This document shows positions 1 through 14,247 of a DNA stretch of 64,000 nucleotides, one piece after another. Position 1 is the stretch's first letter, and every line of letters begins with the position of its first letter. Source of the stretch: Bigelowiella natans CCMP2755 (lineage: Eukaryota; Protista; Cercozoa); the NCBI GenBank assembly GCA_000320545.1, contig ADNK01003366.1:1-64000 (forward strand). Reading direction: 5' to 3'. The notes beneath the pieces are model-generated. The model searched no databases. It was not told where the DNA came from and saw nothing but the letters and a program-made list of their open reading frames with translations. A program made the translations under genes and the position numbers.

Positions 1-566
1 GCCGAGCCGCTTGGAGGAGGAGGATGAGGAGGGGGAGGGGGATAATGAGGGGGGGGAGACGGGGGGGGAGGAGAGTCGCTGTTGGTAGTGGTTGACGGGT
101 TGTGATTGTTGTTGTCTATAGGGTAAGAGCTGCTGTTTCCTCACTGATGATCGATACGATTGGTACTCATTCTGAATAATAGCAGTAGATGAAAGGAGGA
201 GGAGGAGGAGGAGGAGGAGGAGGAGGAGGAGACGAGGATATAACAAACAATATGTGCTAGGTGAGTGAGTGTTTAAGTGTGTGTGTGTGTGTCTGTGTGT
301 GTGTGTGTGTGTGCTTGATCAACTGTTTTATCTTATTCAATAATCAACAAGCAACACAGCCGGTATTTCGCATCGCATCATCTCTTCGCATCAATCCTCA
401 CCGTTTCTATGATTTGAGCGACTTTCTGAGGATATCTAAGGGGCAAGGGGAGGGGGCTTTAATGAATATTGTTGTCATTCTATTATGCAGTTGATATCGC
501 ACATCAGTTCAATACGATCAGGAACAACTAGCTTCTTGCCTTCATGCTGTTCTCCTCGTGGTTGTA

Positions 567-605
<39 letters not shown>

Positions 606-780
606 AATACGGTTGCGAGGGGTGTAGCTTTGCCCTGGGTTGACAGTTGTTTGATATGTTGATCATGACTCCTCTGATGATGAAAAAACACGGTGTTGGT
701 TGGTAGAAGTCCAACGAAGAAAGAAGAAAAGGAAGAGGAGGAGGGGGAAGGAAGGCCAGGAAGAAACGAAGAACACATCA

Positions 781-813
<33 letters not shown>

Positions 814-843
814 CATTGATTGGTTAACCACCGTTGCAGGTAG

Positions 844-882
<39 letters not shown>

Positions 883-1117
883 GCGAGAGGCTTCTGCTTA
901 TACCTCCTTTAAAGGTGGCTAAAACTACTGCGAACGATCACGATCGTTAAGGTGCCGATTTTCTATGGACACTCATTCATCAATCAACTCTGCCCCCCAT
1001 CAACAGCTACTACCACCATCAACCAGCAGCACCTGTCATCAGCAACCAAATCCGTAAACTTTCGATACAACAAAGCTTTGTGGTCGACTCCGTGAGAAGC
1101 GAGGAAGTTCTGCATGC

Positions 1118-1153
<36 letters not shown>

Positions 1154-1180
1154 TATAATATACTTATATATTTATGCATA

Positions 1181-1225
<45 letters not shown>

Positions 1226-2310
1226 ATGAGTAAACTAACAGAAACCAATCAACCCAATAAGCAATCGCAGGAGCCATACATGCGGTTGATTCCCCATCCG
1301 CATAGTCAATTAATTGAAGCATGAAAGCAGCAGCATCATCAGCATCATCAGCATCAGCACCATCAGCACCATCAGCAGCAGCACCTGGATGTTTGAAAAG
1401 GGAACCCAACGCCTTCTATTCGACCCGATCACTAAGTAGGATCTCACCTTGGCGGTGGTGGCAAACACAACAAGACGGTTAGGATATTTCATCTACAGCT
1501 CACAATACAGCGTACGATGTGTGGTTATTACCAAATCTCTTGCAACTCTCCTACCTGTTGTAACAACAACAACGCATCAGAATATATAGTACATTACACA
1601 CACACACACACACGTGTACCCAAATAAATCACATCATAAATGTAGTATGCTTGCTCATATGTGAATTGTAGTACCTAAGTTGATCCTTCCCCTCTCAGAG
1701 TTTGAGAGCTCATCCAACTTCCATTGCTTTGAAGAAACATTAACATTTTCACCGTCATCATCACCCTCATCATTATCATTCACACTACCAGCATCATAAC
1801 ACTCTACTCGTCGTACCAAGGAGCCTGGAATAGATGCCGAAGTAGGCAAACAGTTGTTGTTCTCATCACTGTTGTATGCCACACCCAACGATACTAATGA
1901 TGATACAAAGTATAAATATATACGTTGTGTTTATGTCGATCATCATCGATGAGGCCTTTAATCGCGAAACACATGCTAATCGTGCCTTCATTCAATGGAA
2001 CAGCACCTTCTTTTTCATTGGATGATTTATTCTGGAAAAGATTCGTCTCCAGCGATGACCCTGTTCTAGTCGCATTATTTCCCCAGAACCATCCCACCTA
2101 ACAGTAATATCCTATGTTGCCACTCGTAACTAGCCATTCATACTCATTCACTACTCCGTTGTATGTATGCATGTATATTGTTAAAACCGGTCCTCCTCGT
2201 TGTAGCAGCCAGGAGAACGGGTTAACTAGACTTGCAGCACTTGTGTGGCGAGATTGCGAAGGATCTAAAAGAGCAAATACTGGAACCAGCCATAGAGCCG
2301 TAGCTCTCAT
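1..2310 (-). CDS. Hypothetical multi-exon protein with N-terminal hydrophobic leader (runs toward or off the window start)
   Basis: Exon MRATALWLVPVFALL...SWLLQRGGP splices in phase (GT..AG) to VGWFWGNNATRTGSSLETNLF. Further short exon-like blocks lie between microsatellite-rich introns down to about 100. No family recognised. Confidence 0.4.
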
Positions 2311-3012
2311 CTCTTTCAGCCCGTCATCTGAAGATCACGTATGGAAGATGAGAACGCATAAAAGACGCTCATATGAGTCGAGGGATGACGACGAGATGAC
2401 GAAACGACAGCAATAACCACGGCGATGATCATGGAAAAACGATATCCGAAGCTAAAGCCACGCAGAGAGGGATAGGGGGGGGGAGGGGACAACGGGGCGC
2501 GAGATGTACTCGGATCATCGGACGGGAGAGAGCCACTGTCGTCCACTGTTGCTGAAGATGCTTATATGAGTGCGAGATGGAACTCACCTTTTGTCAATAT
2601 TCCCCTGCATTTCATGAATTTATAACATTTTATTAATTCGGCATGGTGCAAGCTTACGCACAGCGGAATTTCAGCCTCTGGAACAGGATTTCGCTTTCAT
2701 TCTTACCGGGATCCCGTATATCAAATGAAAATAGTGGTCGTTTCTCAATTCTTTGTAGCCTTCGCGGAGCAAGAAAAGGTAGCATATTAACAGAATATTA
2801 TGCCAAATTATGTGGACAAAGAGTTGAAAAGGTCTGTATTATCGTCTAAATTGTATATATTTCCTTGGTTTATCGTATTATTAGGAGGCTTGAATGATCA
2901 TTTGATGTCACGATAGATCTTATTTATTTTAGGGGCCAAACCCTTTGATTTGAATCTTACTAGTAACCCACCCTGACCTTCCTTCCACCATCAACGCACT
3001 GAGCAATAAATC

Positions 3013-3713
3013 ATGGACAGTCTCTTTGGGTTAGTGGGAAAAGATTACGTTATTACTGTTGCCGATAGGGCTCAGGCTAGATCGATCGTTGTCTTCAAGC
3101 ACGATGAGGACAAGATCTTTAATCTTGACACGCATATGGTCATGGCGACCTCTGGACCTCAAGGGGATAGAGCCAACTTTGCAGAATACATTCAACGGAA
3201 TATTCAGCTTTACAAGTACCGAAATGACCTTACACTTACCACAAAGGGTGCCGCCAATTTCACAAGGTAAATTTATTTAAAGTTATCCATGATGGGCCAT
3301 TGTAACCTTCCTAATCTTCCGCAGGACTGAGCTAGCAACGTTCCTGCGAAAGAGCCCATACCAGGTGAATCTTCTTCTAGCTGGATATGATGAAAAGGTT
3401 GGCCCTTCCATGTATTACATGGATTATCTGGGTAGCATGCACAAGATGGATTTTGCAGCACAGGGATATGGATCAAATTTTACCCTCAGGTTTGATAACT
3501 CATCATTGCCTTATTTATCCTTCGCACTCATACATATTTTATTTCTACAGTATATTTGATAAGTACTACAAGAAGGGAATGAGCCTAGAAGATGGTAAAG
3601 AAGTTATCCAAAAATGCATCAAGGAATTGAAGAACAGATTTCTGATTAACGCTCCAAACTACATCGCCAAAATTGTCACTAAAAAGGGCATAGAAGTTAT
3701 TGAGATGAGTTAG
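3013..3713 (+). CDS. PSMB2: 20S proteasome subunit beta type-2 (beta4/PRE1)
   Basis: [60 protein letters not shown]. Three exons with GT-AG introns at 3267-3324 (58 nt) and 3490-3550 (61 nt) give a continuous frame. Confidence 0.95.
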
Positions 3714-4289
3714 ATTTACTCAATGGCTTATGAGACGCGCAGTGTATGTAAATCATAAACTTTCTAGATAATCATGACATTCAGAATAGTCGTCAGATGT
3801 AATGGGAAGGAGATGAGGATTTTCCGCGTTCAGCATGATCACACAGCCACAACGGACATTCCACATTCAGGCTTCGTGAAATATTTTTGTATTGCATGAG
3901 GATAATAATGTGAACAGCAAAAATACAACATGTATACATCGCTCTTATCACTTCGCATTTGCGCTGGCATCTCTCAATTTGTGTAGCCATCGGTTGCACA
4001 GCATTTGTTTACACATGATCTATCTAGCTAGATGATGCTCTAGCTAGCTAGTGCGATGCTGCTTGTATGCATACTACAAGTATACAGCATGCATGTTCCA
4101 CCTCCTCATTGCATGCATGAGCCATAATCTAATGTCATTATGAGATGGATGTTATAGCTTGGTGTGTACTTACTTGGAGTAGGCTAGGTAGGCGATTGGG
4201 CGAGCTGTGCGTAACAGTAGCTAGCAGCGAGCGTGTTTGAACACACGACAACAACAATGTAAAGTGCTGACATGCGTCTAGCAGATTCA

Positions 4290-4560
4290 ACATTAGCGCT
4301 GTAATGTAGCCGCTGCTTTGCACAGCTACATGAGGATGACCATTGAACAAATTTAATTTGATTCATTACATCCGTCTTACGTCTAGACGTGTCTCGTTGT
4401 CGATCATTCATTTGTGACTGTCATCTTCTAGATCTTGCTAGCTTGTGCCAACACAAACTTGTAACATCAGTTAGATCAGCTGCTATGACTACTCTAGTAC
4501 TGTTTAGGATGACAATTGAAAAATGTAATCGTGTCATTACATCCTCTTTTGCGAACACAC
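4290..4560. repeat. Dispersed repeat family member (GCTACA.AGGATGAC.ATTGAA...TCATTACATCC), two partial copies here
   Basis: 4305-4390 aligns by eye with 12995-13080, and a third partial copy lies at about 4503-4545. Confidence 0.7.
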
Positions 4561-4785
4561 TAGCGTACGTGTAGCGCATGTCAAGTTCAATTGCAAGTTG
4601 CATTGCTGTGCAGATACGAATCGAATGCGTATTCACACACGTACGTAGCTGCGGTGCTATGTGCGATTTTTCAAAAACTATGCATCGTGCGACAACGTTA
4701 TATGTACGTCTAGACGTATAAAGGATCAATCATTTAATGGCTAGGCTAACACACCGCCCTGTATAACCTACAACTTACTTTCATT

Positions 4786-7700
4786 CTACTTTTGCTTAGC
4801 GCGATTACATCCCTTCAAGAAGATATACGTAAAGAATAACCACAGCAGACCCAACGCAAAAATAGTCCCACAATTTTTGGAAAAGTTATTAGGATTATAC
4901 TGGCGGAGTGTGAAAGAGGTGCTTAGATTGAGCCACTCATCATAAAATGTCATCTGGTTAACATAGAGAGCCTCCAATCCCCAACGTGTGAATGAAATCG
5001 ACCAAATCCATTCTAATTCCTTTCCGTACTCATCTTGGATGTTAGGCAGTGTGGGGTTATTTCCACTGAAGACGAATGCCCACATCATCGCGAAAATCAC
5101 ACACCATAGAGACCGAAGTCGAGGCTCAAACAACATCGAGACTAGGTAACCTGAGTTTTATTGTGCGACATTATCAAATATATTTACGAAGGAAAATCAA
5201 TGACGACTACGCAGCAACTACCATATGCATCTACTAACCGAAGGTGTAGCCAGCCCAGTACAAGACGAAGAGAAGACCATACAAATCATTCGTATCACCG
5301 AACGAGTAGAATCCAAACGAAAGACCGAAGAAAAACAACGCGGAGTTCAGTACTATTTTGGGTACATCAGAAGCCACTTTTGCAAGGAAGTATGGGATCT
5401 GTGGAAGAAGAGCAATAGTAAACCAACATTGTAGCATGATGATTCATACATGATGATGAATGTGTAGCTTCTTCTATTTCTTATTGTTGATAGAGAGCAC
5501 TTCTTCTCGCAAGATGAACCCATTCCGCAAGAACAGCACATAAGTATGCATTCCTACAGCATCTGATGATGATGATAATAATACCGAAGGTAGTCCCCTT
5601 GCTGCATGGCGCCAATACACAACTTGTTCAGGCCCGAAGGTACGGATTCCTTCGATCATACCCGCAAAAGATGCAATCCACACGACGAAGAGACCGATTC
5701 CAGCAAAGATGTCGTTTAAAGGACTAAGGAGCAGTGAGAAGAGACGAACATGGTATCGTAGTAGTACATCAATACTCCTCGCACAATATCGCTTATTGCG
5801 ACGTTCATTACTCTCACATAAAACCGTTGGTCTCGCAACTACTACTACTACTACCTAATCATAGCACTGATCACAAAGTTGACGACGTGATGATGATGAC
5901 GACATGTTGTCTACTTACTACCTACCTACCTGACACACGCTTGGAGAGAAGCAACTGGCCCATCATCACAGGTGCGGGGAGGTAAAGGCCCAACGAATTG
6001 CGACGTAACCAAGATACCGATGAATATTCCGAGGCCTAAATGAAGGAACAAGCTCCATACCCACGCCCCTTCTCTGTACGTTTGGAAGTAGGTTCTTCTT
6101 CCACATATATAGAAGATGAAATAGAAGTACGGCTTGTTGCGGCTGCCTTCTCGTTTACACGTCACGAAATTGAAAAACTCTGAAGAACAGTCAGCTGCAC
6201 GTACAACATAGAAAGAAAATTAGGGACGAGAAGGAGAAGAGGGGGGGAGCTTTCTTCAGTTTCAGTTGTCGAATGTAGTAAAGATAGCAAAATACGGATG
6301 TAGATAGATAGATAGATAGGACAAAATGCGGGTTGATCGATTATCATTGCGCTAGTAGAGCAACGACAACGACGTTATTGTTACTATTATTGTTACAGTT
6401 GGTTGTGTTTGTTGTCCGTCATTGGTATTATCACCGATGTAGTTTTCGATTGAGTGCCATTCATTAGCTGCTTTGTCTGATAGAGTGCTCCATGCGCCAT
6501 TTATAAGCACCTCAAGCTTGCTGCCTTTGCTGCTATCTGAACCAGCTCGCTGTTCCTCCTTGCCTTTCACTTTCTCCTCTCCATTGTCTCCTTTCTCTTC
6601 TTCCCCTACATCGTCTTTATTATCGTGGGGATTTGGAAGGTCCTTGAGCTCTGTGGGTCGATAATAACGCCCCTTCTCTATCCAATAGTCAGGTAGCTTG
6701 TTATGGTCAAAATTGTAGTCAAGACCGCCGTCCTCGGTCTTCTGTGGGATCTTCCCCATAGAGATTTCGAGGTAAAAGTCGGCAGGAGTCATATTTGATG
6801 GCTTCACGAACCCAATGGACTCAAAGTACCTGTGACCAAGAATTGCCGCCCCCACAAGTACAAGGTGTACAAGGTACACACCAGCCAGCAATCATGTCAG
6901 AATGAGAAGTACGAATTTGAACCATGGCGACGAAGATAGCAAAAATAACGACTTTATGAAACTTTTTTATTGCTTGCTCTCCATATGTTAATGATTATTC
7001 ACACAGCAAGAACAAATAAAAGATAACTCTTATCATGCATTAATAAGCATTAATTTTGTTGATAATATCATAGGCTAGAAGTTTACTGCAAAGCCTTGGT
7101 CCTCTCTCCAGAATAGATGACGGTGCCGCCAACGCCGAGAAGTGTAAAGTCGTCAAATTTATCGAACGTATCAGGAGAGGGCGAATGGATAATGGCTGCC
7201 ACACTGATCTTAGTTTTCCGTGCAATGTCTTGTAGCAGACTTGCCAACGTTAAGGATGTTACAGAGTCGAGGCCTTTTTCGAACATGTAGTATGTTAACT
7301 GACTGATGATGAATATGATAATATGTATACTAAATACGGAAGAGATGAACCAGCAGCAGCAGCAGCAGAAACTACTGCTACTACTACTACTACTATTACT
7401 ACTGATACTACAATACACTATCAGCAGAACCTGAGGTCGGTTCGTCGAGAAAGAGGACCTTTGGTTTTGCCACCAGCTCCATCCCAATATTTACCCTCTT
7501 GCGTTGTCCACCACTGATACCACGTTTGTTCTCATCCCCAATCACGGAGTTCACAACATGATCGATTTCGAGAAGCTTGAGCGTTCTATAGCACTCCTCC
7601 CTTCGTTGTAGATTAGTCAACTCACGCGGGAGGCGATAATCAGCCGAGAACTTGAGGATATCCCACACAGTAAGGTTTCGCTGCATGATGTCTTCCTGGG

Positions 7701-10414
7701 GTACGAAGCCAATGTCGTCACGATGATTGTAGAGCTCATCCTCCTTGCCGTTGATGTAGACTGTTCCTCTGCTGCGCTTCGCCTTACCTGATCGACCCAT
7801 CCAACAGCATCATCCATCACCAACGACGACGGATAAACGGAAGGACGGCACCAATTCATGAACAGGTTGTTGTTTGTTATTGTCACCTACCTACACAATT
7901 CTAAGAGCTACTTCTATAAGCATACTACAACTACTAGTTGTAGTAGAATAAGTAGTAGTAGTAGCAGTACTTGCTACATAGTACTACCCATCACAAGCGT
8001 TACGAGGGTTGTCTTTCCCGCTCCTGAAGGCCCCATGATAGCAGTTGTTCGACCAGCTCTAAACTTGCCTGGAATTTTTAAAGGTAGGAAGTGATATAAT
8101 ACTGCTGCTGCTGCTGCTGATAATGGTGATTTGGTAACGATGATAATGATGATGATCATCACCGTATGCAGCTTTCATGATTGTCCTCCCATTGGATAAG
8201 GTCAACCAAATGTCCTTGTACATTATATCGAATGGAGTGTCATCTCCAAGAGATCCTGAATACATACATAGTTATCATCATTCGGTGAGCGAAGAGACAA
8301 TCATGTAGGGAAAGTGAAACGATTGCTACTCAACATATCACTTAGTAATATCTATAACTTATGCCAAATTCTTTTCTTCTAACCATTTTGTTAATTATTT
8401 ACACTTGGCTCAAAGTGAATATTAGATGGATCTACTCTTACCGTCCTTGTTAACACCACAGGACTTCGATTCTTTCTTCGCCGTCTCCTTCTTATCCACA
8501 TCACCACCTTCAGCTAGCACCTTCACTGCATTAGAGGATGATATCGCCTTCTTTTCTTCCTCTTTGGCCGCCATATCCTCTCCTGGAGCTACTATGTTGA
8601 TCTTTTGGTCGCCATTATTGTCCCCACCATTTATATGGGTGGAGTGTCTACGATCATGCTCTTCCAATGTAAGCATCTCCTTATCGTCCCGATATTCACG
8701 GACCGTATCATAACGACGTTCAGCGGCGAATTTCTTCGCATGTTTCTGATGATCATCGTAAGTGAGGAAAACGTGAGTTGTCATCTTAGATAGAATGTTG
8801 TGTCTGCTGCCTATGAAAAGCAACTTACATATTTCGATAGTGAAACAGATCTGTACTCAGAAGATCGATTACAGAGCTGCTGCTGGTGTTGTTCATCAGT
8901 ATAACCACCTGGCATCTGACGATCAGGAACAGGATAAAGAAGAGGATTACGACTCCAAGGGCTGATCCTCCATTGCTTGTAATGGTAGAAGACCTGTTAT
9001 CGACCATAAGGTTACTATTTCGCATTAAAAAACATCGTGAAAAATAAGAAGTATCCTTGTTCTTCGTAACATTTGATTATCTTTCCGAAGCTAAATACTA
9101 CTTCCTATTTTTGTGTATTCTGTAGAGTGGTAGTTCAGTAGATGTGGTAGAACTTACCCCTCAGGGCAAGATGCTGAATTTGGGCATCTGTAACAAGGAT
9201 AACAAAACATTAGTACACTCGTGAAGGATGTGAAAACAAACACAATACTTACTCTATGGGCTCAATCACGTTGATAGGACAGAAATTTCCCTCAGGACAT
9301 CGGATCAGCTCGCTGGGTGTTGGACAGTAGTATCTAAAATATGATGATAGACACCATGTGAGAAAAGTAGTAATGGAGATTTTGATGAAGAATTGTTCTT
9401 AATTCCGATCGTTAGATTAATATGAATTCATCTTTTCATCTTGAAGACAAACAAGCACAACGAAGGAAAGGTAAACGCATAAGGATAGTCTCTTTTCGAC
9501 AAGAAATGAGGTCAGAAAGGGCAGTCGTATTTCATCGCCTCAGTCATACATTTTAAAAGAATGAGCTGTTGGTTAGTAATATCGAGGCAGTACCCGGCAC
9601 AGCAGAAAGCAGGTTGGGACACCTAGGAAGAAAATAGAAAACAGCATCAAGTGCTATGGAATGGTGATGCAATGATTTGTTCATTTATGATCATTACATT
9701 CGCTGGGCAGTAGAATCCATCTGTGCATGGAAACTGACCACCTGGAGTATTTTGATTGGTTGCATATCATTCGAGCTTGCACGTTGGTTTCGTGAATCAT
9801 TGTTTAGGCATAGATGGGAGAAGTGAAAACATCACCGGTGGCTGGACAGAAAAACCCGGCCTGTAAAAAGGACACGCTATAACTTTTTGTCAAAGAGGTT
9901 AATAGCATTATCAAGACTATTTAGTTTGTTCACTTACCTCGCACGTAATGGCATATTGCGTCGAAGGAACGCATATACAATCTCCTGGAACAGTAACAAC
10001 ACACCGATCAACTAGACTTCTAAGATATCCTCCTTCAAGGAGGGAAAAAAAAAGTATATTTCTATAGTATTGTTCTACCGGGTTCTTGATCTTCTCTGTT
10101 ATCAATTACATCCTGAGCATCGCTTGCTTCACTATCAGTAATGCCTGACGATATCCAAATCAGGTAGTCAAACACAACGTAAACTTCTACGCGAGTGATT
10201 TCTTATCACCAGGACACGGAACAATGTCATAAGCGCGTGTGGTCGGAGCGAGGATAAGCAAAGCAAATACGAATCCCTAGAGCGGTAGGTAGCAACCGCG
10301 TAATTTAGGAAGCATTACTCTATCGTACGAGTGTGGGTTTGGGTTTTGGGTGTGGCTTGGTGACGCGAGGGAAACAAAGCACTGGAAACAAAGGGAAATA
10401 ATCCAAAGAGACAT
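4786..10414 (-). CDS. ABCG-family half transporter with N-terminal Cys-rich (GxxCP repeat) extracellular domain
   Basis: Walker A GPSGAGKTT, GFVPQEDIM, signature ISGGQRKRVNIG, LFLDEPTSGLDS and IHSPS motifs, plus a C-terminal TM domain (IPYFLAK, SFTRWGLEALY). Upstream exons carry GFFCP, GFYCP, YYCPTP and CPEGNFCP, then a TM helix. Start codon uncertain. Confidence 0.9.
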
Positions 10415-10928
10415 CAAAAGTAAGGGAAATTGTGTCAAATTTGCATTGAAATAGAGTTTCAGTTTTAGTGTGATGGAAGAGCAGTTTTCAACATTGGTAA
10501 TACATCGTGAGTATTAAGGAAATTCTTGCAATTTGTACTCTTCTAGAAGAAAAAAATGATGATTTTTCCTTTAGTTATTTGTATAGCGACATCGCTGGTA
10601 CGTCATTTTTCTAGGTTCCAATCGATTGAAGGGAGCAATATCTATTCTTGGCATATTGGAAAAGCATGATTTGACTCTTAAAAAATATGATTGTAATCGC
10701 TGTTGCACATCCTCGGAACCCAACGACATCATCCTTGTACGAGGAGAAAATGGGCGTTGTCAGTGTTGCCAGATGTTGGCCATTTAGATGACATTCAAAG
10801 GAACTAATATCGTAGAATTATGTTCCATAGGTCAGCTCTCTTCCTCGGACATAACTATCTTTTTCTTTATTTCGAAAACTTATATCTAAGATATATTCAG
10901 CATAAATTTGTGCCTAGTTTGTGCATCG

Positions 10929-10970
<42 letters not shown>

Positions 10971-10996
10971 TGTCGAGAGGAACAAAGCCCTACCCG

Positions 10997-12579
10997 ATGA
11001 GCCACAACGCCTGCCCGAGAGACATCCAAGGTCCAGAATTCAACGAGAAACTGGATGCATGGGTCGTACAATGGAAAACTCAAAAGTTGAAGTTGCAGCG
11101 AAAGTGCTTCACGACGTTGAAATATGGCAATAATGCCTCGAAAACCGTACGTAACTGCAAAAGTGTTCATTATTTTCTTTCCCCCAAATCATCCTGTTGA
11201 AGAGCTCTTGGGAATTTACAGGCGCAAACATTCAAAAAAGATCTCAAGGGGGGTATCTTCAGAAGAGGTTTTTTCTCCCTCAATTGAAAGAATGGCTTCG
11301 TTGACAACTTTCCTTTCCGTTTGCCAGGGCTCTTCTTTGATGCTGTTCACGGACGATGGCGTAAGTTTCGAGAACAATAACAAATCCAATGATAATGTTA
11401 AATATGCTACCAGCTTGTATGAAACTCCAACTCACAAACATACCGCTGCTCTATCGCAGGAGTTGGATGGAGAGCGGGCGGAAAGCCGCAATCACAATAT
11501 TTTTCCATATCAAAATATGGTGGCTATGAAGAAGCACGGAACGTAGCTCTTGAATTCCTGGATGATATTAATGACACATCAGACATGTGAGTAATTCCCT
11601 AATAATACACTCATCATTTTTCTACTGATTCTGTTTTATGCGCACCATCATCACCATGATCGATCATCAACAACACAACATGGTAATAGAACCCAAATCC
11701 GACAGGAAAAATGGAAACACTTCTAATAATTGCAAGCTTCCATCGAATGTACGAAAATATCGTCGGAGCACATGCACTTGGCAACGACACCAAAGACGGA
11801 AAAAGCGGCAACGCTCTGTTGCAGCCGCTGCAACGGATGCAAATCTAGCTACTTTAGAGGAAGGAATGAATTCGGAGGGCCTTGGTTCTGAAATGGAGCA
11901 GATCCTCAAAGAGGTGGGGGAGAAACGGATTCAATTTGAGAGCGCCTGTCAAACACTTCTTGACGACGTGAAGCGGGTGCGGGATCTTAGCGAGCAACTG
12001 CAGAAAGATATTGCATCTTCGAGGACTAAGGAGCATCATGAAGGCTTGATTTTCTCTCAAAAGGGGTCTAATGCGGACTTGGATGTAACATCATCGACAG
12101 AGTATGAATATGATAGAGATGGAAGTGATAAAAACCTAGCTGAATGTCGTAAAAATAACCATATGGTCTTTTCTAGAGGATCTATCTATGCTGTAAACAA
12201 TTCGTCAAATGAGGAGGATAATAAGTATTGGATAGCTAAAGTGAACGAAGACGTAACCAGTGATGATATCCTCAATTCTGAAGTATGTAGTGTTGCAGGC
12301 TCATTTTTTGTTCGAAAAGTGAGTGAAGATGGAAAATGTATATGCTACTATAAATCAAATAAACCGAGCAGGATACCTATCCATTGGTTCCTGGTGGATC
12401 AAAGTGGCCATTTTGTTCAACCCAAGCTGAATTCCAGAAAGCAGTCAAATGGGGGCGATTGTCGCGGGAGAAGACTGGAGGAGCGCGATCTCATAGAAAT
12501 GACACAAGAGGAGCACATTCGAATTATTCGTTTGGGAGCTATCCTGCATCGAAACTTCACATCTTCTGTTTATCTTTAG
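10997..12579 (+). CDS. AP2-domain protein (ApiAP2-like) with coiled coil and a C-terminal BAH/Tudor-like segment
   Basis: IQGPEFNEKLDAWVVQWKTQKLKLQRKCFTTLKYGNNASK matches the AP2 pattern G..F.....W...W......K.F...KYG...A. The long last exon (ORF 11638-12579) contains GSIYAV...KYWIAKV. The 5' end is uncertain. Confidence 0.6.
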
Positions 12580-12989
12580 CATGACTTTATAATGTTGCCG
12601 TTTAACGTGTAATATGCTACTGAGTCATTCACCACAATCTTAAATGCATGTAGCACACGTTCGGTGCAATAGTACAATAACGTAATATAGTTCGCATGCT
12701 TGTATTATATATGAACGTGTACGTGTAGCTACTGTAATTCGATTCAATTCCGTGCAAAGCTAAGCCAAGGACCAATGTAAGCGAAGTGGGGTAGCGCGCT
12801 GCATGGGTTGTATTTGTTAGCCACGGTAACTTTATGTTTTCAGCATTCATGCTGAGCTCACGGTCGAACTACATGCGTATCTTCAAGTATTTGAAACGAT
12901 GCGTAGTAATATGACCTGCTTTTTATACATAGATTATGCATAGAACATATAGCATTCATGTGACCAAGGAAACAAATAGACACAATTTA

Positions 12990-13085
12990 AGCGCTGTAGC
13001 CGCTGCATTGCACAGCTACATTAGGATGACCATTGAAACAATTTGAACATTTCATTACATCCGTCTCATACATCTAGACATACAG
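12990..13085. repeat. Second locus of the dispersed repeat seen at 4290-4560
   Basis: Shared tgtagccgctgc.ttgcacagctaca.aggatgaccattgaa...ttcattacatccgtct...tctagac sequence. Confidence 0.7.
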
Positions 13086-13499
13086 ACATACATCTTCCTC
13101 ACACACGTACACTTTTACACACATAATTTAGAATTAGTGATTCGTCATCAACAATTTCATCTACTTCTGCGCGTTGATGATCCGTAACGTAAGGCGCACA
13201 TAATGGCACCTAGAAATCCAACGAAATTGGTCTACGAATTACAGCCGAAAGTTCTTAAATGGCATCCATTCGTCTATACTTGGCAATCTGCATGAACTTA
13301 AATTGCTAGATACCATCCAAATTTGTTGCTATAACTACATCGATTATCCAGTATTTCGTGAAGATGGCGCCCTCATGCAATTGGTTGATGCGAATTCTTC
13401 CGTGTAGTAAATGAAAATAGGTTTCTCACACACAGGCATTTTGGAAGACAACGTTTATATTATTTCTTAAGTATTTTGCTTAAAACACTACAGCAGAAT

Positions 13500-14212
13500 T
13501 CATTTAAGAACAGACGCTGCTGCAGATACGCCCCTGTCCAGATTATTCTATGGTAATGCTGGAGACCTCACCTCTTGGTATTTATCCCTTTCTTGTGCTC
13601 CTCGATACTAATTGTTTATTTCCCAAAATCAGAATAAAAAACGTAGAAGATAGCATAATCATGCTGTCAACTTACACTTGGCGTCGCTCCTCTGCTGACG
13701 TGGCAAAGAATCCCGCACCAGCCCCGATGGCTGTTGCCACGAAGCATGCACCCAACTTGGTAACTTGAGAAGCTTTCATTGGTACTGAATTTACATTTGG
13801 GTAATGTGCTTCGTGCTTTTACAAACAATACATACGTATACAAGTTTATATGCGTATTTACACACAAAAGCTACATGTGAGAAAGCTTCACCTGCCAGGG
13901 CTGCTACCATTGCCGAGCCTGTCGACATGAACATGATGTTTCGAATCATTTTGTACTGCGCCCTGAGTATAGTGCATTAGAAGGAGGGGTGTGTGGATGT
14001 CATATTGCCTAGGATACAAATTTGAGGTTTTACGTCTGCTGCATTTGCGCTCTCCTCTCCGCCTCTGAGGTAGTCTTCTTCTCCCCCCCCGTCATCCTCT
14101 GCACGTTCGTTCGGAAACTACTTTCTGAGATGGAGATGCGGGTTTTTTCAGAGTGCGACAACGATTCTGTAAAAGAACAGGCAGAAATTACGCCCTTTTT
14201 TTTATAACGCGA

Positions 14213-14247
<35 letters not shown>

